From positions 48,052,001 through 48,116,000 of the forward strand of contig NC_045697.1 of the NCBI RefSeq assembly GCF_009834535.1: 64,000 bases of DNA, in the 5' to 3' direction. Under the pieces are notes generated by a model. The model ran no database searches, was not told where the DNA came from, and was given only the letters and a program-made list of their open reading frames with translations. Positions within the stretch are counted from its first letter, which is position 1. Each line of letters starts with the position of its first letter. The position numbers and the translations under genes are program-made. Positions 25,959 to 37,899 of the stretch are shown one piece after another. Origin of the DNA: Camelus ferus (lineage: Eukaryota).

Positions 25959-26940
25959 TCCTGTGTGAGCTTAGAGGAAAACCTCCAGATTTAATGATAC
26001 ACAGTTAACTATAGGTTAATTCCTATCCTTTAGACTCCAGTGGTATATTATATATCTTTGCGAGCACAACCCAGAAAACCTAAAATAAAGTTCCGTAAGA
26101 TAAATGTCAAGTGCTTCTGTGACTCTTATTGTTGTCTTTATACGTGTATAGGTAAAAAGACCAAATCATTTCTATCTTGTCTAGGCTTTTATAAAGGTTA
26201 CTTTTTCCTTATCCATAAAGTAAAAATTAGAGAAACAAAGTGTGGGATATTAATCTAAACCCATCTTCCTCAATCATCTGAGCTGTTTAAAAATCTTTTG
26301 TTGATGTTTCTTCAAAAGATCTTATGTGCATTAATAATTGAATCAAAAATCTTACTGAACCATTTTTATCGTCTATAGAAGTACAGTTAAAGAACCAAAA
26401 GTGCATAGACCAAAGAGGGTTTAATGTTTGCATATGTAGGATAGGATAAGAAAGGACAGAGCTATAAATCCGTGCAAGAGAGGCATGTATGGGAAGATAA
26501 ATATACTGGCTGGCTGGATAGATGGATGGGAGGGTGGAATAGGATGGGAAGGAAGGATGATCAGAGAACAAACTAAGGGCATACCTGACTAGAGAGAATT
26601 AAGCCTTTAGTCCAAGTAGCAGACAGTAAACTTTTCAATTTCGTACAAAACATTTTATGTAATTAGTGCTATACCAGTATTGAAGACAATCAGTAATATC
26701 AGGTATAAAAGTGTCTTGTAATTAGCATTAAATACAGATACAAATACAATATTCTGCCATTGTATCAGTGGAGTGCTGTTAAATTTTTGTTTACTTGGCT
26801 TAGCATTTGTTTACTTTCTTGGTTCTTGAATAAATTAGGAATGTAGAAAAGTGCTGTTTAGAACTCAGAGTCATTTAATCTACAACTGATTTGGAGTGAC
26901 TCAAAGAATAAGCAGTTAGGAGAATTACTTATAAACCAGG

Positions 26941-27301
26941 TATCTTAGTGAGTTTAGGTTGCTAAAGCAGAATACCATGAACTGTGTGGCTTTTAAAATA
27001 ACAAATTTATCTCACAGTTCTGGGGGCTGGAAGTGTAAGATCAGGATGCCAGCTTGGTCGGGTTCTAATGAGGGTCCTTTTCTGGGTTGCAAACAGCTGT
27101 TTTCTCACTGCATCCTCACATGGTGGAGAGGGCAAGAGAGTTCTCTAGGGTCCCTTTTATAGAACACTAATCCCATTTGTGAAGCTTCCACCTTTATGAC
27201 CTAATCACCTGCCAGAAGTCCACCTCCTTACACAGTCACATTAGGGGGTTAGGATTTCAACATACGAATTTTGGGGGAACACAAACATTCAGTCCATAAC
27301 A
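26941..27301 (-). mobile_element. MaLR solo LTR (MLT1A-type)
   Basis: atttatctcacagttctgggggctggaag...gacctaatcacct...aacattcagtccataaca; flanked by CCAGG/CCAAG 5-bp TSD. Confidence 0.85.
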
Positions 27302-29223
27302 CCAAGTAAGTTGAATAAACAGCCTAATTCAAACTTACTGCTGCTGCTTACACAGACAGACCTCATGCCCACCCCCCTGCAACCAGTCTAAGGGTGTGTC
27401 TGAACCAATTAATGAAAAAAGGAAGGACAGTTTTCCTATTATGTCAAGGAGTAAATCTTTCTGTTACATTATGAAATTCTTGGTGGATAATTTTTTCATA
27501 TTCTTTTACGAAACAAAGCATAATGCTAGCTTAAACTATTTTCCTGATTTTACTTTTTTTCTCAAATACAGTTCTATAGACTTAACTAGAACTTTACTAA
27601 TATAAAGACTATTTTCCCATGTTATATATGGTCTTTTAAAAAAGAAACAGTTTGATTCAGAAGAGGTTAATAGTTATGAGTGATGTCTCCAATTAAATGC
27701 ATCCTACTTTCTGGAGTGTTTGACATCTTTCTTGGGGCCTGTGTTTGCAAAGGATTTCTGCATAGCTCTAGTAGCTGATGTGCATAATGATGCTCTATAA
27801 CAAAGTGATAAGATGTAGGGGGTTTATTCAACCTAAGTAATTTAAAATATTTAACTTGTGTTTTGTTTACTTATAGCTGAAGCAAGGGGCAGTCTCATAA
27901 AAGAAAGTAAAACCACTCTCTTTTAACCCTTTTCCTAAAACGTCACTGGGAAACTAAACAATTAGCCAAAATGAAGGGATAATATCATTTCTTGACTGTC
28001 TGAACTTGGAGCATGAATGGCAGAAAGTCTTCCCCTGGATTCAAGTGGGCTCCTTAATTTGTGGTAAAGTGAGATTAAGGTATCTAATGTTGAGTAACGC
28101 CCTCTCCCTCAAAAGAACTATTTCATTGTTTTAGTCTTGGTCGTATCAAATCTACAAACTAAGGTCATTGTTTCCAAAATTTCATAGTATAATTTTTTCC
28201 ATTAAGTTCTTTGTCTTTTCTTTCTTTCTTTTTTTTTTTTAAGTAGCCCATTTTTGCTGTGATACCACTTAAAATACTAGCTAGAGCTCACTATGTATAG
28301 TATTTATAAATAGGTACTTTAAGGTGTGGAAGTATTTCTCCATTCTTGGGCTCAGGCTCTTATGCAGTGGATAGGAAGCTCTCTTGCATGCACAGCCTGG
28401 GGCAAAAAAAGGCACACTAGTTTTGAAACTTACTGCTCAGGTAAACCAAATCATCTAGCCCTGAGAGTTGCGACTGAATACATAGGTAGGTCTCTGCTGA
28501 ATGTTTGTTTTTGCTGAGGTATCGTTGTGCAGCAGGGTATCCAGAATTTACAGTACACCAGGATTTGTGAAAACAGCATTCTAAAGAACAGGTTAGAATG
28601 ATTAAATGTGTGCAGTATTTTATATGTATGTATAAAATCTGGGAAAACCAAACTGGGATTAGCAAATCTAAAAACGTGCTTTACCGTGGCTTCATTCAGA
28701 TGTGTTTGGATATCTTGATTTACAAATAACTAAAAGTAATGCCAGTTATCATTAAAAGAATTAATTTGTTGTAACTGTGCATTAACTGTGGTTGTATTTA
28801 TATAAATATCCTTATTTTCTGATTATTGTATCTGTTAGAGTTAGTGCAGTTTCCATAATGTTTTTATTGATATATTAGATTTCACTGACCCAAGCACGCC
28901 AGTTTTAAAGATACCTAGACAAAATTTGGTGTGCTTATTGTTAGTGTCTCAGTTTGCTTACCACTTATACACAAGTGCAAGGCTTTGTGATTCCAGTAGG
29001 CTACTGTGTTTCCCTATTCAGCCACCTTTATTTCATGTAATTTACCCATTCAAGCTTTGAGCTTTATTTGACCCATTGTCAAGACAACAGGTACCAGAAA
29101 TACAGGTTACTCAGATATTTGGCTTTTGCAGAGTATGAATTGTTCTTTTATATACCTTGAGTTTTTCTTTTATCTAAGCATTTTTTTTTCCTTTTTTTTT
29201 CTCTGCTCCCAATCTCTTTTCAG

Positions 29224-29436
29224 GGTGTGATTGACTACATTTTCTATTCCAAGACTCATATGAACGTGCTTGGTGTCCTGGGGCCTTTAGATCCTCAATG
29301 GCTGGTTGAGAACAACATCACTGGGTGTCCACACCCTCACATCCCTTCAGACCACTTCTCACTGTTAACACAACTTGAACTCCACCCTCCACTCCTGCCT
29401 CTTGTCAATGGTGTTCACTTGCCTAATCGGAGGTAG
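29224..29436 (+). CDS. CNOT6L: CNOT6L terminal coding exon: GVIDYIFYS...HIPSDHFSLL...VHLPNRR*
   Basis: Long pyrimidine tract and cag| acceptor; IDYIF and PSDH catalytic motifs; TAG at 29434-29436. The C-terminus LPLVNGVHLPNRR is the CNOT6L rather than CNOT6 type. The seven exons total 1178 nt, matching c.491-1668 of a 555-aa protein. Confidence 0.97.
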   Translation, partial: GVIDYIFYSKTHMNVLGVLGPLDPQWLVENNITGCPHPHIPSDHFSLLTQLELHPPLLPLVNGVHLPNRR

Positions 29437-30928
29437 TGGAGTACTGCCCCGTAAAGACGGGGATCTGTTGCTATGGACCTGTACAGTTGTAAATCAAAGT
29501 ATGTAGGAGTGAAGTATGGCCATCCTTAAGCTGCTTCTTCAGGTTCCTTTCATTATGTGTTTGCTATAAAATTTTGTACACTTTTGTGCATATTGGTATC
29601 ATTTGGCACTAGGGCTGGAACCAAAGTATTACTCTCTTTCCAAATTTTTAATTTAGTGTGTTTTTAAGTTGGACCTTCATATTATATTAGGAGTCAGCAT
29701 CCATAATTGATAAATCACCAGTTTGAGGCCCAACAACAGTGTATTTGTTTTTCCAGAACAAATACTTTGTTTTGAATGGCTTCAAATGAACCAACCATTT
29801 TTGTAAAAGGCAATTTTTTAAAACTATAAATATGAAATTTTAAACTGAATGATGGCATGCCTTGCAGGAAACTTTCTTGAATTTCTCTTTTCCATGATAA
29901 CAAACTGATTTTTGGCTCCCCAGTTATTTGCACATTAACAAAGCACTTAAATTTGCTAGATCTGTACATAAACTAGCCATAATGAGAAAAACTGAGAATT
30001 TAAAGATGGTTTGCACAATATGCTTTCAAAACCAAGCATTTAACAGCACATGACAATTTGTTGGGCAAACGCTGGTTGTTTCTTGTTTTGTTTTTTTTGA
30101 GGAATCATTCTGTACTTTGTTCCCCTATTAATTGTAACCTTATTAGAAGTATTAATTCTAAGCCTGTCTCTCCAGTTTATTTACAGGAAAACAGCGGGTA
30201 ATTTCTACTGCCACACATCCTGGAAACAGAATTTGGTCTATTTAGGCTACCCACAAAATTAGTCTCTAGTAATTTTTATTGATTCCATCCACCCCTTTCT
30301 GCCTGGTTGTGCTGGAAAAACAGATATTATATAATCTGTATCATTTTTGCTGTTAATAGTCAAATATTAAAAACAAACAAACAAAAACAACTAATGAATG
30401 AAAAGACCCTGATCAACGTTTTAGAAGGGGAAAGATATACAAATATTTCATGTGTTTCCCAAAGTAGGTCAAGTGGCTGTTGGTTTTGGCTTTTTGACGT
30501 GACAATGGAAAGGATTTGGGGAGAGAACAGGGAGTAGTTGAAAACCTTGCATCATTTTTCCTGACTCTAGTTGCCAAATGGCCATTATATGCTTTTAATC
30601 TTTGTTTCCGTTGTCTGTCAGGGTTGAATTAAGAAGCTACTGGTTTATTCCCAATTGTTGATGCTCTTTAGATATGTTGGAATCTTTTTTTCGCCCAGGA
30701 GGGGCCAGCTGAAAATCTGTGACTCAAGAGGCAGTGAACGAAATACCGTTTTCTGGGGGAAGAATTGGTTGGCTACTTGATGTTAATTATGGCACAGTAA
30801 CAGGAAAAGGTTGTGTCTGTGTTTTTAAGTTTTTCTTTATTCTGCTTTTTTGCTGCTATAAGAGTTTTCTGAAATTTATATTTTAAACTTTTCATGCACT
30901 TTACTGTTTCTAGTCTCAAAATGTGATA

Positions 30929-30939
30929 TTTTTAATAAA
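30929..30939 (+). promoter_or_regulatory. Candidate proximal poly(A) signal AATAAA (30934-30939) overlapped by CPE-like TTTTTAAT
   Basis: Motifs read directly; usage not shown. Further AATAAA at 31363 and 31815. Confidence 0.45.
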
Positions 30940-33900
30940 CAAGAAATTTTCCATTATGTGAATGAAATTTTAAAAGAAAATTACCTATATTTGTGTCTCA
31001 CTAATATATAAAGTACAAGTCAAATTTAAATTATTTAATTAGTTTTAAATATATACAATTTGTCTCCTCTTTCAAACCTGACATCTTAGGCTGTTTTACT
31101 AGTCTTAAATGATGCATTTCCTTTGGTCATTTTATACTAATTTCTTCCATAGTAAATTAATCAGGCTACATAAGGTAATATTTCCCCTGAAGGGTAATTT
31201 TAGTGGGACGAGGGTGGTGGGATGATGTAATATCATATATGGGATTGCATCAGAAGGGTTCTGTAAAGCCTAAACTCCCTTTTAAAAGTGCCTAGTGACA
31301 GAGGCGTTGTTTGTCATCTATTATAATTGGAATGTCATTGTAGTTGAGTGAAGTTTGATGTAAATAAAATATTCTTTGAAAAATGTTAAGGTACCAGAAC
31401 AAACAAACAAAATAAACAAAGAAGCAACCCTTGAGATGACAGATTTTCCTCAGTGTGCAGGTATCCCTTCTTATATACCTCAAGCATTCAACATCTAGCC
31501 ATGCAAATTGATTACCTGAAGCATAGTACTGGAAAGTAGAATAGCATGAAAAACTTAATTTTGTGGACATTACCTTTTTTTGTAATCAGCTACTGTATGT
31601 TTTATTTTAAATCTTTTGTTTTGGGTGGGTTTTCTGCTCTGGAGGTATATGCACTAACAAAACATTTTCCTCCTTTCATATACGCATGTTAATTAGCAAT
31701 GTGAGCAATATTTCCTACCATACTTCACTCCCAATATTTTTTGAGATGTTTGTATAAAATGGAATTTAAAGTTCACTTATGATTGTATATGAACCACAGA
31801 GGAGCCCATTTATTAATAAAAAACTTTTTTAATAGTTAAATGTAGAGGGAAAAATAAAAAAAATTGGGAAACATTGTAAACAGCTTAAGTTTATTTTGTG
31901 TATGATCGAGGCACTCTGTTGCAGGAAGGTGTGTAATTGGGTTCTCTCTGCTTCCAAATGCACTCTTTCAAACCATTCATTATCCTGTGTATTTTTAATG
32001 TGGTTTTAGTAAATGTTGGCAGTAGCTCTGTTGAAGTAGGTAATTGTGTTCTGTTTTGGGTGGCAAACATACTTGGGGCATGGTAACCCAAATTTCATGT
32101 GCACGGTTTCCCTTTAGCCCACTGCCCAAATTTCACACACCCTTTGTTCCCTCTGTGAAAGGAGTGGTATCTGTTTTGAGCTGCCAATTCAGATGATCAG
32201 AAATGCTGCTCTCCTCAGTATTGTCTGTTAAAAACGCATGCCACTTGGAACTTTGGCATGAAAAGCCAAAAGGAAGAGGTGAATGACATTTGGTGTATAT
32301 TCAATGAAAGTGAAATATTTATGCTCACATACTTTCTAGATCTCAGAATAAGTTAATAAGCTTTATGCCATGGGGGCTGCTGCATATTTTATCTGAAGAT
32401 AAAAGAAAATTTGGGCATTTTTAGATTGTGATTATGTGTTTTTTTTTTAACTGTTAAATATGATTTCTGATATTTGTCTAAGAACTGGAGTGTTCTTTAA
32501 ATTTATCGAAACAGTGTTGTTTGAGGAAGGGAAAACTGCACTGTTTGCCATTACAGCAGTCATACAAGTGCATGTCAAGTCACCCACTCTCTCAGGCATC
32601 AGTATCCGCCTCATAGCTTTACACATTTTGATGGGGAATATTGCAGCATCCTCAGGACTGACATCTGGGAAAGGCTCAAATCCACTTACTGCTCCTTGCT
32701 TGTTGACTTTGTTTTAAAATATTGTGCCTGGTGTCAACTTTTAAGCAACAGCACTGCCTAAAAGCAAGCAGAGAACAGAATCCCAGCACCATTCTATAGG
32801 CAACTTTTTAGAATTCAGATATAGTAAATCTGTTCAAGATTTATGATGTTTTATGTAAAAAAAAAATTTTGTACAACGTAGCTGAATATTTTTGTTTCCT
32901 TTCTTTGATGTAAGGCGTGTGAACGTTCGTTTGAATATCACATGTTAAAGTCAGGTATGGCACAATGGGTTCTGAGACCAGCTTTTCCTCCCTCCCATTT
33001 GCCTTGTTCCAAGCTCTTTCTTTTCAATTACTTTCTGATATTCGTAGGCAACTGTTTAGTTTTACTAATAAGCATCCTGTGTGAATGTATTAAAGAAGCC
33101 ACTGTGTTTTAGTGTTGTAGTTCGCAGAAATATAAAGCTTCATTTCTTATTTGTCCCTATTCTTTGGTGTTTTCAAGTTATAAAAATCACAGAGAAGCAA
33201 GGGAGAAAGTTGAAAGAGATGGAAGGCTCATATCACTTGATTCTATGGCAGGTTGTTACAGAATTGAATGTGAGCAAACATACTGTGTTCCACTTTAAAA
33301 CTGTATCTCCTAAATATGCTGCTACTGGGTGAAAAATTAAGTTTGTATTTGCATTTCCAAGAGTTTCTAAAACTCATTAATGCCATCTATACTTTCAAGT
33401 CTAATGGCAAGGAATAGAGAAAGCACACACAAAAAAAATAGGTTAAATATATGTTCTTCTGTGGAACCAAAGGCATATGGTTCGTCATTCCCAATCCAAG
33501 GCTAGATTTTCTAGCAGTAAAAATTGACTGTGTCCCAATATTTACTTCTTTGATTATAAGGCCTTATATTCTGAGCTTCTGAAGGATTTTAATAGCTTGG
33601 TAAAATGCAGACTGATGAGTAGCTTCAGTCACAGAAGACATCAGTTTCTGATACATTTAACAGGCCATAAGGATATGGTTTTAAAGCAAGCAAAGACTTT
33701 ATGGTACATTTCCAAAATAGCACTCACATATACTTATGTTTTGATAGAGATGTGAATTCTCACATTTGTAAGTTATCCTTTTTCTTCCACCTGCCCTCCC
33801 CCTTTAAAAAAAAAAATCTAATGTGTGGAAGATTTGTTTAACCTTTCCTTCTGTATTGTATCATGTTTGTAGAACTCTCTGAATTATAGGTATACAAATT

Positions 33901-36545
33901 AACTAGGGAAATAAGAATATTTTTCTAAGCCAGGAACTTCAGTGAAAGCTTTGAATTTATAGACAGATGAGAACTTTTATACTTATGGTTGCTTTGAGTG
34001 ATTTTAATTTTCTAACAGCATCATGGTCACTAAATTTGAATTCAAGCATGAGTAAGTTTGTACATCTTTAACCTGGCTTATTTACCAAAGTTGTATGCTG
34101 TTTAAGAACAGGATACCAAAAGCATCTTTCCTTTACAGCACAATAATCTTTATTATGTGTCACCTTAAAGCTTAAGGGTAAATAGAAAAAGAAAATTCTT
34201 ATACTTACACTGCAGGGTGTTCTGAACAAGATCCACAGAAAAAAAGGGGGGAAAAAAACCTTATTTTCAGGAAGGTGGTAAGGGAGAACATGCCTGTTTT
34301 CTTGTTTTAACCAAGTACTGTCTTTGTGTAAGATTCTCTGTTAAATCACAAGTTCTCCGGTAAGAAATAAGGAGGTACCAGGAAAAGCAAGCTTTATTAA
34401 CGTAGTTAATAATTCCTTTCAGCATAAGTTTGTTCGGTTAGGCTTGGGTTATTCTTGGAACCAAAGGAAAACAAGCATGTTGAGGTTTCATTCAACAAAC
34501 ATTATGACATTGAAGTAATGGAATGTTTTTAAGTAAAATAATTTTCACTTTCAAAGCATATGAAATAAGAACATTTCTACCTATTAAATGCTAATTTTTT
34601 ATGGCACATGGTATAAACTTGGTAGCATTGTACTGAAATGAGAAATTGTGTCATTAGAAAATCCCATTTTGAAGAAGGTACGCAAATGCCAAGTGATATG
34701 ACTCTTTTGGCACAGTAGCATTGGGTATATTCACTTTCCAGAAACTTTCAGAAGACATAGTTTGGCGCCTATTAGTAGTTATTTTTGTTACAACAGTCTA
34801 CCCAAATTTAGATAATTTGCTTATTTGTATGTCTGTCACTTTTAACCCTAAAACATAAGAATCATGGTAGCCCTCTGAGAAATGGTCATTTCTTGCTCAT
34901 TTCAGTTTTGTATTAATTTCTAATTACTGATATACGGCTGTATTTTCTTTCCATGTATCAATGGTTATATGTACCCCTTTGTTTAATTAGTTAATTAACA
35001 CAATTGGCTCAGTGTTGATGTGTCAGACAATGGCTTTGCTTCTTACTGAACAGGCTTAGTTTCCAGCTGCTTGTTTCAATCTTGATGCAGTAGTCTGCGG
35101 GTGTATTTATTCAGAAACTGCTGTCTTTTCTCTGTGCTTAACTTGCTAAAAATATATTTCCTTACCTTTGAAATTTCTGAGCGGTGCTCTGCCAACTTTT
35201 CGGGTGGGGGAGGGATTTGGATGGCTGTGTTACTGCACACTGGATCTGGAATTGTTCAGTGTTGTGAGTGGCAAATTTCTTAAACACCAGCAGCACTGAG
35301 AAGTGCACTATGGGCATTCGTACAGTTGTCCAGAAGCAAGCAATTCTTTCATCTAGGAGAAGCTGAGGAATAGAGTTCAATGGAGTACTTGGTATATTTC
35401 GAGGTTGGGATGAATGTTTCAACTTCGGGTTTTGTTGTCTCTGAGTGGAGTGGGGTGGTATGGAGGGAGGTGGGTTTTGGTTTTGTTTTGTTTTGGGTTT
35501 TTTGGGTTTTTTTTTTTTTTTTTCAGAGTGTGTCTGTACCTTTTGTCTCTGAAAAGGCCAGGGTATTGGTCAAATTCACCGTGGATTTATATTTTCTTAT
35601 TGTGATTTCTTTCAACCAGAAAACAAGTGCCAACTAATCGTCCATGAGATGACCTACTCTTCCACTCAGTTTACCATTTGAATAGGGAAGGGTTCATTTA
35701 TTTTCATTCCTTGGCATTAAATTAATAATTCATTGTTTTGCATACATTTGAGTCATTCTGTGGCCTATAAAGTGTTTTTGTAACTAATTTAATGGTTGGA
35801 AAGTAAAGCACATGAGTTCAAAACTGAGCAAGAAGTTTTGGTAATTTTTTCCCGGAATACTTAGTAGTTTCTATTGATTCTATTCCAAAACAAATTCTAC
35901 TGTTTAAGGTTGTGTATTTACTTTGCTTTTGTCCTAAGAAAAAGCCAAGTGCTAAATCAACTTGTTATTGTGTTCTAATAATCAGTTTAAAATCTGAGGT
36001 TTTCTTTCCTTTTTTTAAATTAGAAGATTTAATGAAGTGCCATGTAATTGTAGCTTACTAGTGTTTAATGTGTAGTAGACTGGCTCTGTGGTGTTCTCAT
36101 CATTTAACACTCTGTCATCGCTGGAGAAACTGGTTCCATTCTTGTGGAACACATTCTCTCTGACAAAATCACCAGCTGCTTTATTTTTCTATTTATTACA
36201 GTTAAACAGTTGATGAGGTCTGAATCTTGACCAAACTGCTCAGCTGAGATGTTTTTCACAGTAGACACTGTACAAAGTGTGCGTGCAAAAGGACACAGTT
36301 GGGTGGTAGTATTTTTTCATTAATGTGAACATTGACTAAACAAAGCAGTCCTGCCTTTTAAATCTTGTGGCAGCTCAGGAGGGAGGTGCTTAAGAACCTT
36401 AACTACTATGTCAGATGACAAAATACTTTTTTCCATTTTGGAGATTGGGTACTGCTCACACATGATGTATAGGGCTAAATATATGCTTGTTTCCTTGCAC
36501 CTGTGTACTTCCCCGTCTCTCCTTCCCTTTCCCTCCCCTGTAGGC

Positions 36546-36551
36546 AATAAA
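36546..36551 (+). promoter_or_regulatory. Distal polyadenylation signal AATAAA of CNOT6L
   Basis: AATAAA, a CA at ~36569-36570, then a U/GU-rich downstream element (ctttgtcttggttttttacttttt). Confidence 0.8.
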
Positions 36552-36858
36552 TGGCCATTTTGCAACTGCATACCTTTGTCTTGGTTTTTTACTTTTTAAT
36601 GTGTGCAGTATAAGTGTCTGCTTTAAGGTCAGCACATCTCTTGTGAAGTAGGGAGACAGGGTAATTCAGGCAGAAAATTACAGATTCATGCTATATTTTT
36701 CTTCTAGTGAAAACTATGTTAATGTTTAAATAATACTTTGTTTAGAATAGATTCAGAAGATAGCCAAGTTATGAGACTTGCCTTGGCTGAAGAATCTGAG
36801 CTGAGGGACATGTGTCACTTCTGAGTGAGATTTTAAGAGCCAGTGTACAATGTGTTAA

Positions 36859-36874
36859 ATATATATATTATATA

Positions 36875-36912
<38 letters not shown>

Positions 36913-36946
36913 TATATATAATATATATATTATAAATATATATATA
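36859..36946. repeat. Imperfect (TA)n microsatellite
   Basis: Read directly. Confidence 0.95.
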
Positions 36947-37899
36947 GCCTTGGTGATCCTAGAAGCATATGTTGAGAGCAAATGTCTCATCCTAGATCCT
37001 CGAGTAACTGAAGAACAGAGCTCCCCTGCTTACCTACATAGGGCATGTAGTGCCAGTGAAAAACAACCACCAAATCTCAGTGTCTTAGTGCAATGAAGGT
37101 TTGTTATTATAGCATAATCTAGCCCATCCTGGCTGATAGACAGATAATCTGCTGAGTTACCAATATTCATCAGTTTCAACAGGTGGACCTGCCAAGACCT
37201 AGAGTAAATTTATTCAAGAAACATTCCAATATCTGCTGTGAACAAGATGCTTTGTGGGATATAAAGATTGACATGCTCCCTATCCTTTAACAATTCACAT
37301 TCCAAATCCTCTTCTGTTTATGACACAGGGGAAAATGTTGAAGTTTTTTACTTAGAGTAAAGGCATCAAATTAGAGAATTTTGGAAGGGAGAGGAGGGTA
37401 GGTGCACACAGTGAAATAATTAGGGATTCTCAAAACTATGTTTAAGGATATTCAGTGGAAAAATGATACTGAGGTATGGTGTGATTGAGACCAGATTATT
37501 CTTGACAGAGTGAAACAAAACCAAACAAACAACTGTCCAGCTTAATAAGTGTTTAGGGAAGATAATAACAGATTATTTTGGAACAGGTTGCTAACATGAA
37601 CAAGTCTCTAGGCTGCAAGCTCAGTGCCTCCTAATTTGTCTTTTCTACCAAGGTTCCAATGTGAATGTGTCACTGACCCTGAGGATCCTCTTTTTACAGT
37701 GGCCTTGATGTTGGCCAGCCTTTTAGAAGTCCTCAAAAGTAGAATCACCCCTGTGAAGTGGATCTTGAAGTGACTAGGTTTCAGGTTACTGCGTTATTAA
37801 GACACACAGGACAATCATAACATTGGCCAAGTGTCCTTGTATTCTACCATGTGATCTTGGACAGAATGCATCCTCACCGGTAAAATGGAAGCTAAATTT

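Larger units (their letters stand above)
29437..36570 (+). other. CNOT6L: CNOT6L long 3' UTR (~7.1 kb)
   Basis: Continuous AT-rich unique sequence from the stop codon to a canonical poly(A) site; repeats resume shortly afterwards; consistent with the known long CNOT6L 3' UTR. Confidence 0.8.

Noticed and set aside
29434..29454. Stop-codon readthrough extension of CNOT6L
   Set aside because: The context TAG TGG is not a known readthrough motif, and an in-frame TAA follows after five codons.
35446..35506. G-quadruplex in the 3' UTR
   Set aside because: G-runs are separated by long irregular loops and merge into (GTTTT)n low-complexity sequence; not supportable by eye.
36812..37096. ORF with a YI-rich repeat
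   Set aside because: Translation of a (TA)n microsatellite.
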